DNA of 62,535 nucleotides, filler included, from Basidioascus undulatus (taxonomy: Eukaryota), in NCBI GenBank assembly GCA_000826855.1. It is 5 parts of 5 records of this genome, joined end to end, with 100 filler letters (N's around TTAATTAATTAA, not from the genome) between each part and the next. Parts side by side here need not be neighbours in the genome. Positions count along the whole stretch, not along the records: positions 50,147 to 62,535 come from JTLS01000912.1; 4 more parts are not named here. One strand, 5' to 3'. Position 1 is the stretch's first letter. Every line of letters starts with the position of its first letter. Below the pieces are notes generated by a model. It had not been told where the DNA came from and did no database searches. It saw only the letters and a list, made by a program, of their open reading frames with translations. The translations under genes and the position numbers were made by a program. Shown in pieces: positions 50,736 to 62,535 of this stretch.

Positions 50736-52348
50736 ATGCTCTCGGCCTTCGCACGCACCCTCCGCACCACTCTTTCCAAATCTACCACAGCACACACAGC
50801 AAACAAACTTCGTGCCATGTCGTCCCAAGCGCCGGCATCTGTTCGCGATGCAAAGGGCCTGTAGGCCCCTCGCTCGTTCTCCTTGTGCTCTGCGTGTTGG
50901 ATTGGAGAGGTTAATGGGCCTTTTGTGTTCAGTCACCTCGTTACTCAGAGTACTCCAAACGGAGTTAGTTAAGTATTGTTCCATATTTCGCGGCCCAGCT
51001 TCGATGACGCTCGACGCCCCGCCTCCCCTCCCCTCATGCAACTGGATCGAGCCCACGTACTGACTGCGGTTCATTTCGATAGAGGTCCAAGTGGCGCTCG
51101 AGGAACTCAAGGACGCCTACGAAACTGAATGGACGACCACTCTGGTGGATATCAGCACAAACGAGCAAAAATTGCCTTGGTTCATTGCACTCAACCCTGT
51201 CCGTTTCCCGTTCATCCTCGCCCCTACAGCCCAGACAACGTTTATCACTTAATCAAATCGTGTAAAACTTCCCAATAGAACGGCCGCATCCCCGTCCTCG
51301 TTGACAACACCGTCCAGCCGCCCTTCTCCGTGATGGAGTCCGGCGCAGAGCTTCTGTACCTCGCAAAGAAGTATGACCTCGAGGACAAGGTGCCCCAATC
51401 ATACGCAGTGGTGAATATCCCTGAAGAGTGGCCGCTGAGAGTGTGGTGGGCCTGGGCGCGATTGCAGTTCGGCTTCAAGGACGAGTTTGAGCGCAACGAC
51501 GCGCTGCAGTGGCTGTTCTTCCAGTGCGTCTATGCGACCCATTCTTTCCATATCAGAGCTTTCCTTGACAAGTTTCCTTTCAGGAATGCCGGTGGTACGT
51601 GCCTCGACCGCCCGGCCGAGGACAACCTCCGTCTTCCCAACTGACGGTCTTCTTTTCTCCGTCGTGCAGTGGGCCCGATGCAGGGCCAGTACAACCACTT
51701 CAACAACGTTCGTCTGATACCTTCTTCTCTCTTTCACATCAGGCGCTCATTTTTCTTGCGCTTGTCTTCATGCAGTTTGCGCCCGAGAAGATCCCCTACG
51801 CGATCAAGGTGCCCGCCCCCCACATCGCACTCGCTTCCTCAACCTGACCGGCTATCTCGATTCCAGCGCTACCACGACGAAACGCTCCGGCTGTACGAAG
51901 TCCTCGAGCTTCGCCTGACCGGTCCGTGCTCTATCCGTAGTATGACAGGGGGATGGAAGCTGACGCGGGGAAGAACACAGGCAAGTACAACGGCTCGTCG
52001 CCGCGTGAGTACCTCGCTGGTGCGGGCAAGGGGAAGTACAGCTGGGCCGACATCTGTTCGTTTCATCCCCTTCTCTCTCCCATCCACTGCGCTTCTGCTA
52101 ACCCCATCCCCCTTCTCCACCGCTAGCCACCTTCCCCTGGGTGCGTCTTCCCCGCCTTCTTCCTTAAACCAGCTGGATGGTGCTAACTCTGGCGGTCGTG
52201 GCTAATCCTGAAGGTCAACATCTCCCAGTTCTCTGGGCTCACCGAGGACGAGATCGCCAAGTTCCCGGCTGTCAAGGCCTGGCTTGAGCGCATCCTCGCG
52301 CGTCCGGCTGTCAAGCGTGGCTTAAACAACTACAAGAAGCAAGGCTAA
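50736..52348 (+). CDS. Glutathione S-transferase, Ure2/YfcG(nu)-like; in-frame ATGs at 50736 and 50817
   Basis: [69 protein letters not shown] after splicing, including 11- and 14-nt microexons. Confidence 0.92.
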
Positions 52349-52894
52349 AGGAGATGAAAAGTCGGAGAAGAATCTGAAGAACTACGGATTGAAGGAAAAT
52401 GCTCGTCAATGACTTCTTGATCAAGAACAACAGAAGAAAGGTGTCGTCTGCATAGTACAGACGCGAGAAGGGCCCCAGGGACGCGTACCAAATGCTCACA
52501 AAAAACTTAGTATCACAAATTTTTGCTACCGTAAATGGAACCTAAACATTGTCCAGCTTCACGTTGTCCGAAGTGGTGCCAGCTACAGTACCGCAACACC
52601 TGCTCTTCGCGTCTTCCCTGTTGCACTCCGTACTTTCGCGACCTGGAAGATGTCAGTCGGCCACCCCTCCGCCTTTGAGTCTTCGTGATTTCTTTTCGTG
52701 TCCACGAGTGCGGCGCGTGCAGCCAAGTGCCGGCTGTCATTCCTCCGTCTCCTGTCGCAGCTGACGCTGTCGCCGCCGTTCGCCGTTCTCTTCCCACCAT
52801 CATCAGCCGTTCTTACTTTCCCCATACACATTGATAGCATTATAGCATGTTTTCCGGCTCCGATTCCAGCGATAGCGTATCGTACCGCGTCCGC

Positions 52895-53330
52895 ATGCCC
52901 TGCGCCAACTGTTTGAAACTGCCGCCGGTGGGAGCCCCTGATTTTACGATATACGGGCGGTGCAGGCAAGGTAGGCCTTCCGCACCTCTACCCCTTCCCC
53001 GCAAAAAACATCAAACATTTCTTATAGCTCTATTACTTCTGTGGTCCACTCAAAGCCGCGTACTGTTCTATCGAGTGTCAGCGCGCAGACTGGCCGACGC
53101 ATAAGGCCGCTTGCAAACGCAGCGCGGCCCTTCGCGCCGACCCCACGCTGTGCCAGGAGTGGCGCAGGGCTTCAACAGCACGGCGCTCCTCATCCTCTTT
53201 ACTGACAATGGTTTCTTGCCTGTGGCCCTTCCGCGTGAAGGGGGGAGATGCTCGGAAGAGGTTCCCCAGCGTGCCTCCCAGTGCGGCGGGGCATTGGAGG
53301 GAAGATCTGAAGGTCAGGCTGCGCGAGTGA
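52895..53330 (+). CDS. Small MYND zinc-finger protein, possibly degenerate
   Basis: CANC...YGRC + AYCSIECQRADWPTHKAAC after one GTAGGC..AAG intron; third Cys replaced by Tyr. Confidence 0.6.
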
Positions 53331-53720
53331 GAAGCGGGCTGAACACCATTTGTACTCTCATACACGACAATGTGCATCGCTTAGACCCTTGGCTGCTTTC
53401 AAAGTTTGATGCGGCGAAACGTGATACAGTCGTGGCTCGAGAGAAATCTCTGCGGTCGATACCCACAACAGGTTTCAGCGAGTCTTCAGTACATATTCCA
53501 TGGTATTACTGTATTTTCTTTGAATGCTTGGCCTACTCCTCGGAAATGAGCATCCGAGAAGGCTTTGACAAGCCTCCCTCGCGAGTAAGAAACATGTCAC
53601 ACTCGTACAGCGGCGCAAGTCTTTCAACGGTCGACACAGTTGCCTCTCAATTTCCGACTCGCGATCGGACTACAGTAAGGCCCCATATTATACTTTAACA
53701 TTCATTGCACCATCAGAGTC

Positions 53721-56632
53721 CTAAGCAGCCTGTAGAGCCCTCTCCGGCAATCCCAAGTCACGGCAGATCGAAGCCATGCGCTCCCGCTCGCGGTCGGACG
53801 TGTTATCCCCAAACGCCGCATCCATCTCCTCGAGGGTCTGGATTGTAATTGCGTCCCTCAGATTACATCTTCTATAATAGCGTGTATTCGAAGTCCACTC
53901 ACAACGCCGCGGGTTTCGGGGATAAAGAAGACTGTGCCGCACGATCTGTCAGTCCCTTCTCTCGTTACTCTACGAGTGAATGGAACCCTAGACGTACATG
54001 TGGTGAGGAATCCTAGGACCGCGAATGCGGCAAAGAAGTAGTAAGTTCCCCCACTTTCGAGATTTTCAAGCATCAGGGGCGACACAAGGCCAATGACGCT
54101 GCACGACACGAAGGTTGAGCTGCAACATTGGCGTTGGAGAGGAAGGCCTAGACTCACAAGTTTGCCATCCATGTGCACGAGGTCGTGATCGAGATTGCTG
54201 TTGAGCGAAGGGCGAGTGGGAAAATTTCGCTGGGCAAGACTGAACACAACGTGAAGGTCAGGTAGGCTATGCTTAATTGTAACCGAGCAAGGCCGTGAAA
54301 ATGTGCTCACCCCATCCGATTGGTGCCCAGGAGTACGAGAAGTTAACGTCGTAGATGTAGACAAACGCTATCACAGAGAAGCAGGGGTTAGTACGTGGTT
54401 GTGTTCTCGTAATTCTTCGAGCGGGTTAATCTATCTACCAATTGCAACGCGACCGGCAACGGCGTGGGCGGGCCAGTTGTCCCCGTAAGCAGCAATGAGC
54501 GAGCCGACGATGATGAGTGAGATGAAGCACCCAACAGCGCCGCTCATCAGCAGTGGCCTGCGGCCGACGGTGTCGAGCCAGATGACTGCGGGAAGAGTGA
54601 AGACGCTGTTGACAATGCCGTACACCCCGGTCGCGAGCAGACTCGTCGTGTTGGGATCCTGATGTATTGGGCGCGTTATGAACAAGTCCAACAAAATCCA
54701 TAAAAACGACCAGGAAGGGGTGATTTACCAAGCCGAGCTGCCCGAAGACTGTGGAGTACTCAGCAACGCAAGAAAACGAATATGCACTGCAACTTACTGG
54801 TTGGAGCGTAGTAGATGATAGCGTTACTGCAGTGGGGTTTTGAGTTTTATATCTCTGGAGAGTGTATCATAGACTCACCACCCGATGAACTGTTGGTAGA
54901 ACATGACGAGGCAACCTACGGCGAGACGCTTGAACTTGGGCCACGTTGATACGAGCGCAATGTAAGGCTGCATGGCGCGACGGAAACCGCCAAGGCCTTC
55001 GTACTGGATTACGCGGGTCTCGTGGGTGAAGTAAACCTCCGCCTTGACCTCGAGATATTCGAAGCGGACCGAGGACGCGTCGGCAGGCTTGCGCCGGAGC
55101 TGGGAGAGCACCGCGAGCGCCTCGTCCTCCCGGCCGACCTCGACAAGCCACCGCGGCGAGTAGGGCAGGAAAAACATTCCAATGCCCAGTACCTGATGGA
55201 AACGGCTTTAGTGCGAGACTATGCAAGAAGTGCGACGAAGGGGCTTACCAGGGCCGGGAACATCTGCAAGCCGACGGGGATGCGCCTGCGGAACTTGAGC
55301 GGTGTCAACACCGGGCTGCGTAACCTCATATCCAACTGCCGAGAGGTATTCCCACGTACCAGGAAGCAGGCGACTGAGCAGTGCAGCCACCGCTTGGCAC
55401 GTCGTTGTACGCATCGAAAGTAGGCCGACCGTTCAGCAGAGCACCCGTGTACGGCACCTCAGGAGCACAGCGGGTGCCGCCGATGTGAGAAGTGCCGTAA
55501 GCGATCCAATCTGAGTGGTCGCAGGAGTAGTGAGTAGCAGTTGAGACACGAATATCTTGAACTTACAGCTGAAGAGAATCTGTAGCCCGCCATCAAGCCC
55601 TCAGCCTGAGGACCGCAGTTGAAACCGGCTTTCTTGGCAAGGTTACTTACACCAAGTGTAATTGATAGTTGTTGAAGCGAAACTAGGGAACCGCGGATGT
55701 TGGGCGGAGAGATCTGCAAGCCAAGCACAGTCTTAATATGCACACGAAGACAACAAAGCGCAGTCTACTCACCTCAGCCAAATACATCGGCACGACGTGC
55801 GTAAGCGCTCCGACCGAGAGTCCAGCGACTGCTCGACCGCCGAACAAGAATCCTTTGAAGGAAAGAGCGTCAGCGTAGGCGGAGGAAAACGTTTACTGAG
55901 CCAATTTAACAAAGGACTGGCCTTGGGAGGTCGCGCCAGTCTGCAGAGCGCTGCCCAGCAAAAAGACTACGACGTTGCAGATAATGTTGTATTTGCGACC
56001 AATTTTGTCGCAGATGGGACCGTTGATCAAGGACCCCAACCAGGCGGCTTCATGGAATCAGATTTAGTGTTCGTACTCCAGAGGACTTGAAAGTGTGTTT
56101 ACCGAGCAAGAGGGTCGAGACGAACCATCCCTGTCCCAAAATGGTGAGTCTATATCATAGTTTTACAGCGTGAACATTTTTTCACTTACCTTGAGGGACG
56201 CATCCATATACACTTCCGGGAAGGACGCCCCAAAGGATTCAATAGCAAGAACGTTGCCCACCACCCCCTGCGGAACCTCCCCGTTAGCAGCTATCAGAGT
56301 TAGTTTGACCGCTAGAAGAGCCATATTACCTGATCGTATCCAAAGAGCTTTCTGACATAAATGTCAGCAAACACGGGACACTCACATAACCCAAAAAGAC
56401 CTTACGAAGCCACCAAGAGTTGCGAAAACGGTGACGCCCAGGCTTTTCCACCCAGCCTTTCTGTCAGCAATTGTATGAGCGGACCTCTTTATAAGAGTAC
56501 ATACACGAATGGGCTCTCGAAAAGTCCTCGTACTCCTGAAGAGCCTTCAACCGGCTCGAGGACATGATGGTGACCAATGTGCTTGACATCCTCTTTCGAG
56601 AAAGCACTCGGGGCGTCGTTTCCGAGAGACAT
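53721..56632 (-). CDS. MFS sugar-porter family transporter (multi-exon, complete)
   Basis: LGGFLFGYDQG, DKIGRK, VPMYLAEISPPNIRG, PYSPRW, QQFIGCNAIIYY, DTVGRRPLL, WAPIGWVLPSEIFP, IPETRGVTLEEMD in frame after splicing; one GC-AG intron (55921-55853). Confidence 0.93.
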
Positions 56633-56821
56633 GTGCGGTGACTCGACGATGTGTGCTAGTTTGTTAGGTACGACCCAAGATCAAGTGCGGGGGGAGGAGG
56701 ATAATGTGGGGGTTCAACCGGGTTGTTGGTCCTCATATATGCCTGCAGGGCGGTCTTCTCGAGGGGTGAGCGGAGACTGTCGGACCACGAACCTACGTTC
56801 CCCGCAAAAGCACGCTTCATG

Positions 56822-56838
56822 CGGACGACAGTGGCCCG
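56822..56838. promoter_or_regulatory. Gal4-type UAS 1 (CGGACGACAGTGGCCCG)
   Basis: Exact CGG-N11-CCG in the divergent promoter. Confidence 0.65.
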
Positions 56839-56929
56839 GAGGGTCTTCATGACCCTGTGGCACCCATCATGGTACGCTAAAAATATGTACTAAACGAGCA
56901 GGACTCGAGAAGCCTCATGAGCCAACTCT

Positions 56930-56946
56930 CGGACGACTGTCGTCCG
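56930..56946. promoter_or_regulatory. Gal4-type UAS 2, palindromic (CGGACGACTGTCGTCCG)
   Basis: CGG-N11-CCG with perfect 8-bp arms; 15/17 identical to the yeast consensus 17-mer CGGAGGACTGTCCTCCG. Confidence 0.75.
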
Positions 56947-57112
56947 CTGTCACGTTGATCCGGCTCTCCGGGCCGAGCATGGACATAACTCAGGGAGTGA
57001 AATGGCAAGAAATGGACATGCAATTTCTCACGTGGACGATGCAAAAAGCGTACCTTGGCCACGCCAAGCCCTGTGTTGACCAGCGATGTCAAGAAGCATG
57101 CATCGGTCGGGG

Positions 57113-57129
57113 CGGACCACAGGCGTCCG
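57113..57129. promoter_or_regulatory. Gal4-type UAS 3 (CGGACCACAGGCGTCCG)
   Basis: Exact CGG-N11-CCG with an inner sequence similar to sites 1 and 2. Confidence 0.65.
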
Positions 57130-57322
57130 TGTTCCGACTCGGCCTGTTCCCAGTGACCCCCACCGCCGCACATGTCCCTTTTCCGCTGCCAAAGCTTTGC
57201 AGCCTAACGCCTGAGAGACGTTGAGAAAGGTGAGTAGTCAGGCCTCCAACCAAGCCGTCGGCACTCTGCCCATTCACCATCCAAGCGGCTAGGCTCATTC
57301 ACACCTCCATCCACGCACAGTC

Positions 57323-58105
57323 ATGCCGCCCATTCACTGCGTTGCCGACATCGACAATCTCACCGAACATCTTCTATCATGCGCACACTCCCTGCCAGTC
57401 CATGTCGACAGCAGCTCCCCGCGGGCCCGCTACTGCGTTGCGCTCGCAGGCATACCGGGGTCCGGCAAGTCGTCGGTCGCGTCTGCGCTCGTTGCATCCG
57501 TCAATGCCCGAGCAGGATGCGAGTTCGCGATCGTCATCCCTATGGACGGATTCCACCGCACTCGTGCCTCCCTCGACGCCGATGAGGACCCAGTGTACTC
57601 GCACACCCGCCGAGGCGCGCCCTTTACTTTCGATCCGTCTCGACTACTCGACCTTGCGCGACGGGTACGCACGACCACCGGCCCGTTGACTGCGCCTTCG
57701 TTCTCCCATGCGCTCAGAGACCCGGTCGAGGACGATGTGCGGATTGACGCTCAGCACCGCGTGATCGTCTTCGAGGGCTCTTTTCTCCTTCTCGACGAGC
57801 AGCCTTGGGCGGATATCGCCCGCAGGATGGACGAGCGGTGGTTCCTGTCGGTGCCCCGTTCGACAGCGAGAGTGCGCGTAATGCGCAGGCATGTTCTCGC
57901 GGGGCTGGCTGGTACTCTGGAGGAGGCGGCATCGAAGGCGGATACAAACGACATGCTCAACGCTGAGCTCATCGAGAGTAGGATGGTTACTCCTGATCGA
58001 ATCTTGGTCGAGGAGGCCGAAAAGGACATCTCCGTGGCGTCGCTCTGTAAGCATTTTCCTGCGTGGTTTGACAGTATTTCTGACGATCTATTTTGGTTTC
58101 ATTGA
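57323..58105 (+). CDS. YFH7-like P-loop kinase (phosphoribulokinase/uridine kinase/pantothenate kinase superfamily)
   Basis: Walker A AGIPGSGKS, PMDGFH, RRGAPFTFD, DPVED, VIVFEG.FLLL; single ORF. Confidence 0.88.
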   Translation: MPPIHCVADIDNLTEHLLSCAHSLPVHVDSSSPRARYCVALAGIPGSGKSSVASALVASVNARAGCEFAIVIPMDGFHRTRASLDADEDPVYSHTRRGAPFTFDPSRLLDLARRVRTTTGPLTAPSFSHALRDPVEDDVRIDAQHRVIVFEGSFLLLDEQPWADIARRMDERWFLSVPRSTARVRVMRRHVLAGLAGTLEEAASKADTNDMLNAELIESRMVTPDRILVEEAEKDISVASLCKHFPAWFDSISDDLFWFH

Positions 58106-58629
58106 ATCCCAGAGATGAGGATCGAGGAAACTGTAGAAGTTGTTTTACATTTGGCCATAAACGTGCGAGATACCTATCGCTTGACTGTCCACTGTAAAGA
58201 AACAGACTCCTCAACTTTTGTCTATCAAACTCTATGATTCGAGAATGCTTGACAGTAGCATACTTGGATGTACTTGCAATATTGAATGCATGGGAATGTT
58301 CTCACAGGCACGTTATATACACCTCCGCATGCCTCGACAAACCTGCCACTGGCTTATATACTGTTGGCCGCGCGGATGGCACGCGGTATAGGAGCCATGG
58401 TTGCCTGTGCTTCATCCCAGAGCATTTTTCGGTGGTAATGTTATGGATCTCCTCTTGCGTTTTATCGAATGAATCACCGAGAAAGTCAATGTGTAGCACC
58501 GAAAGTCCCGCCAGGTTGACAGGCGCCTCTTGTCTTTATAGCATCATCTCACTCTGGCTTTACAAGCGACCTCAATCATCCAATCGTCGGAGCGTCCGCA
58601 AGAACGACCGTATACATCAGGTCCCCTGA

Positions 58630-61530
58630 ATGAGTGATTCGGAGAGGCCCTTGAAGAGAGCAAAGCCAAGGGAGGATGTGGCGGAGGAGGGTACAACCCG
58701 CGGACTGGGATTGGCGGTGAGTTCTCTCGCGCATTGCTAGTTGATATCTGGCTCACGAAAAACGCAGTGTGTCGAGTGTCGGCGCCGAAAGCTCAAGGTA
58801 TTGCATTCCGGGGGCTCCGGCCGCATCTGATGCCTCACTTACGGCGAACCCCGGGCATTTCCCAGTGTGAGCGGCAGCATCCCGTCTGTGCGCAATGTCA
58901 AGGGCGACGAGAATGCGTGTACGAGTCTATCAAACGCACCCCTCTCACGCGGAAGTACGTCTTGAGAGAGGTGACAAATTTATCATGTGCTGACCCTTGC
59001 TCATCTTCGTGTTTGTTCTACTAAGACACCTCTCGTACGTGGAAGACCGCGTCGAACGGCTCGAGGCGCTCGTCAGGCGTCTCAGCCCCTCGATCGATGT
59101 CGAGAAGGAACTCTCCCCTTCCGCTTCGAACATGAATGGTGCCTCCCGTAATCCCCTCTCAAACCAATGTTATATTCCTCATGTTTGTTGACCACGTACT
59201 CGAGCGCAGATCTCAACCGCACACCCGACACACCACGTCCTTCCGCCGCCGCACCCACACCGCGATCATCTGCCGATCCTCGTCCGCCCATAACTGGCTC
59301 GTCGTCAACGTCAGCGCTCCCAGAACAGCAGCCGAAAGACGCACGCGGCTATGAGTGGGACGAGCGCGGCGACGGGCTCAACCGGGGCTCTGACGGCATG
59401 GCGGCGCTCTCTCTTGAGCCTGACGGGAACGGTTACTTCGGTACGCCCTCTTAACATCCAATTATTTCAGCAGGCAGCACTGATCCCACCGTGCAGGATT
59501 CGCTTCGGGGGCTGCCCTTCTTCGAATTCTTCGAATATGTGCGGCCGATATCACGTTCCCAACGCCCATCTCCGCCTCATCTAGCCGTCCCTCCGACGTC
59601 TCTCTTGCTCTTCCCCCTGAACACCCGTCGCACACCGCGCCGACGGTTTCCGACATATCACGCTACATCGATGCGTACTTCAGGTTGTATCATCCTCAGT
59701 ATCCCCTGCGTTGGTTCTCTCTTCTGTTCCGTCCACTTCTTGACCTAACGCGGCTATCGCTTCAGTTCACGAGGCGACCTTCCGAGCTCAGTTTAGCGAA
59801 CTTATCGCCAGGCCCGATCATGGAGCGTGAGCAGACCGTTCGTTTCACGCTTCGGTTGTTGAGCGCCTAATCGCACCCCAACAGCTGGTCATTCCTCCTC
59901 AACGTCGTCCTCGCGCTGGGCGCTTTCTGTGCTGAGTCGGACGAGTCCACCATCTCGGACGGCTTTTACCGGAACGCTGTTTCACAGCTCGGCGTCGGCC
60001 AGATGGAGTCGGGCAGCCTCACGCTCGTCCAAGCGTTCACGCTGCTGAGCAACTACGTCCAGAAGCGCAACAAGCCGAACGCGGGGGCTGTTTACCTTGG
60101 TAAGTCGCGTTCCCTGATTGCGTGCGGACAACCATTGACGTCTGTACAACCTCGTTCCGATCAGGTATCGCTGTGCGCATGGCGATGGGGCTGGGTCTGC
60201 ACCGCGAGCTTCCGGGATGGCGCATATCTCCTTTCGAGCGCGAAGTTCGGTACGCAAAGTGCGCTCCATCTTGGTCAAGGAAACCTTGTTGACTGAAATA
60301 TGCTTCAGCCGACGTGTTTGGTGGGTGTTGTACATCTTTGATTCAGGCGCTACTATCACCTTCGGCAGACCGATGGTGCGTCTTACCTTTCGAGCATTGT
60401 TCCCTGCGCCGCTCGTGCCGCTGACCTTGACATCTTCCAGAGCTTGCCCGAGCACGGCGCAGATGTTCATCTCGTCTTGAATATTCCTGACCTAGTCAGT
60501 TGATTGAGAAACTCCCTCATTTGCGCGTCGTACCATCTTTCTGACGGCAGAGCGAAACCAGGCCCTCACCGCCGCTACCGCGTCCTCGCCGCCGCCTTCG
60601 GACGAGCCCACCATCTACTCGAGCCTCCTCATGCAGTCCTCGTTTCACACTCGCGGCAACCTTATCTACTCGCGCGTCATCTCCTCGCCCCCACCCTCGG
60701 CGTCCGAGACTCTTGACCTCGACGCGGAGCTCTCCGCTTGGAGGGCTCAACTGCCGGAATACTTTCAGGACCAGCAGTTACCTGCCAAACACGCTTGGCT
60801 CGAGTTCGCGAGGAAGAAGCTCTTCTGGAGATACAGCAACCTGCGGATCATCCTCTTCCGGAGGTTCTTCCTCGAGCGCGCCCTGTCGAGCGCGCCTCTT
60901 GTCATCAGCTCCGCCGACACTGCTCAGCATGCGGCTGCAGATGAGCGGTGCTGGACGCTCTGTCTCGCAGGCGCGCACGAGTCCATCGTATCAATCAGCG
61001 ACTACTTCAGGTCCCACAGCGCTTCCCGCCTGGAATGGTGGTACGGTCTGTACGCACTGTCTCATCGCGATCTGACATGCTCCACGTCGAGTGTTGACGT
61101 CTGACCTGCATAGACACTTCCTTTTCCAAGCGTGCTTCATCCCTCTCATCGCACTCCGCACGAATCTCTCTTCGACGTCTGCCGGCGCCTGGATGTCCGA
61201 AATCGACATGGCCAAGGGCGTTCTCCAGCTCGCCGAGGCTGCCAACCCACTCGCGGGGAAGTGCCTCGAGCTCGTTACGCGATTGACGACGCCGCCCGAG
61301 GCCCTCGTGGCGGACATCAATGTCGTTGCTCCCGCTTCGGACTTTTTCAGTAACCTTGATTCCTTGGATCTGAGCTTCTTGGGGGATGAACCCGCCCATT
61401 CTTTGTGAGTGTCGCAGTCACCGTCGCACCAAACGTCTCGCTGGCTGACTCTGGTCTGAACTCGTCAATCTCCAGCCTGCCGCTCGCAGATTTCGGTACC
61501 CTCGGTCAACTCTGGCAACCACATGCATAG
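58630..61530 (+). CDS. Gal4/Lac9-like Zn(II)2Cys6 transcription factor with fungal-specific middle homology region
   Basis: ACVECRRRKLKCERQHPVCAQCQGRRECVY, linker KRTPLTRKHLSYVEDRVERLE, DGMAAL..GYFG, YFRLYHPQYPLLHE, MAMGLGLHRE, RRRVWW, FGRP. Confidence 0.92.
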
Positions 61531-62239
61531 TTCTTCGTTGCTCTATTCAACTTGATGTCCATCGTTTAGAGTACTACCATGCCGCTAGTTTAGTACTGCT
61601 TGTTGTAAGGCACACTTTGTTTCTCTGTTAACAAGAGCAGTTTCGAATGGTCTCTCTGGTCAGTGCGGGCGAAAGACATGCCAACTGGCGTGTGCAGCTA
61701 ATCGAGTTGTGGCCAGCCAGCTCACGGTCTACTGTTCAAACACCTTGACGGCCCTGAACATCAGAGCTTGCGTTGATGACAGACTCGGCAGCCAGACTGC
61801 AACTCCAGACAGAAGACACAGCAGATGAGCGTGTATGCCGCCCAAAAGCGGCAAGATGATATGCACGAAGCGAAGCTTCGCAAAGAGCGCGGGTTGAGCC
61901 GCCGCGCCCGCCCGTCCGCCCTCCAAGCGACGCGGGTTGAAGCCGGTCTGTTCGGAGCGGACGTGTTGAGCGCCTAGTCTAGAGAAAGAGTTACAGATAG
62001 AAGAATGATACAGGATGGCAGGAGTAGTAGAAGTACAGCGGGGCCCCACCCCGAGGAGACACAGTGTTGAACGATGCGTGTGCGTGATGCGGTGGAATGG
62101 ATGCGTGAGATGGGATGCGTTGAGGCTCATGAGATGGCGTTAGGGGGTCTAGAGTTCGTTGAAGAATCTAGAGCTGAAGAGCAGAGGGAAACGGGAAGGG
62201 AAAATTGAAGGTCCAGGCGAGTGGACGCAGTCGGACAGA

Positions 62240-62535
62240 TCAGGTGGAGAGGACGAAGTGGGGGTGATCTGTGTGCACGATCTCCACGTCAGCCCAACGC
62301 GAAGGCGCCAAGGTAGTGAAGGAACGGAGCAAACTCACAGCACCCGAGCTTCTGGATTTCCTCGTCCGACTTGCCCTCCAACCGGTGGTCGCGCCTGCCC
62401 GCCGCGCGCTGGCGGTTCTCCCACGTGTTGTAGAGCGTGCACGCGAGCGCGTTGCAGAAGAGGAGCGAGACGGCCGCGAGGTTGACGCTGTTCCCGATGC
62501 GGTAGTTGGGGGCGTCGGTGGGAAGGTCTGAGGGG
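62240..62535 (-). CDS. C-terminus of an MFS anion:cation symporter (Dal5/Tna1-like permease); 5' part outside the window
   Basis: DAPNYRIGNSVNLAAV..WENRQRAAGRRDHRL..LGCYHPHFVLST* with one GTGAGT..CAG intron. Confidence 0.75.
   Translation of the reverse strand, partial: PQTFPPTPPTTASGTASTSRPSRSSSATRSRARSTTRGRTASARRAGATTGWRASRTRKSRSSGAVSLLRSFTTLAPSRWADVEIVHTDHPHFVLST

Noticed and set aside
55853..55921. Second stwintron in the sugar transporter
   Set aside because: The internal unit would be only ~26 nt and gives the wrong frame; a simple GC-AG intron fits

Overview
Eukaryotic DNA from an intron-rich, GC-rich basidiomycete fungus (GTGCGT/GTGAGT donors, CTGAC/CTAAC branch sites; Rhodotorula/Microbotryomycetes-like by inference). 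The window is not one locus: five unrelated ~12.4-kb contigs in decreasing length order are joined by artificial 100-nt N44-TTAATTAATTAA-N44 spacers. Genes I spliced by hand: PRCC-like, ALG13, TPI1, RDS3/PHF5A, a secreted double-GH71 alpha-1,3-glucanase, an RTC4-domain protein, SCS7, a Ser/Thr-rich type I membrane protein, a Ure2/YfcG-type GST, a MYND finger, a sugar porter, a YFH7-type P-loop kinase, a Gal4-like Zn2Cys6 factor and a partial ACS-family permease. Between them lie decayed accessory genes (F-box/LRR, APH-like kinases, DUF6534-like pair, MLKL-like kinase). Top findings: (1) a compact putative Gal4-type sugar regulon, with three CGG-N11-CCG sites in the transporter/kinase divergent promoter next to the Gal4-like regulator; (2) a predicted [D1,2] spliceosomal twin intron (stwintron) in the GH71 gene; (3) the tandem GH71 architecture, with a D-to-N change in domain 1 and a GC-AG intron kept in both copies. 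Family assignments rest on motif recognition only; no database searches were run.
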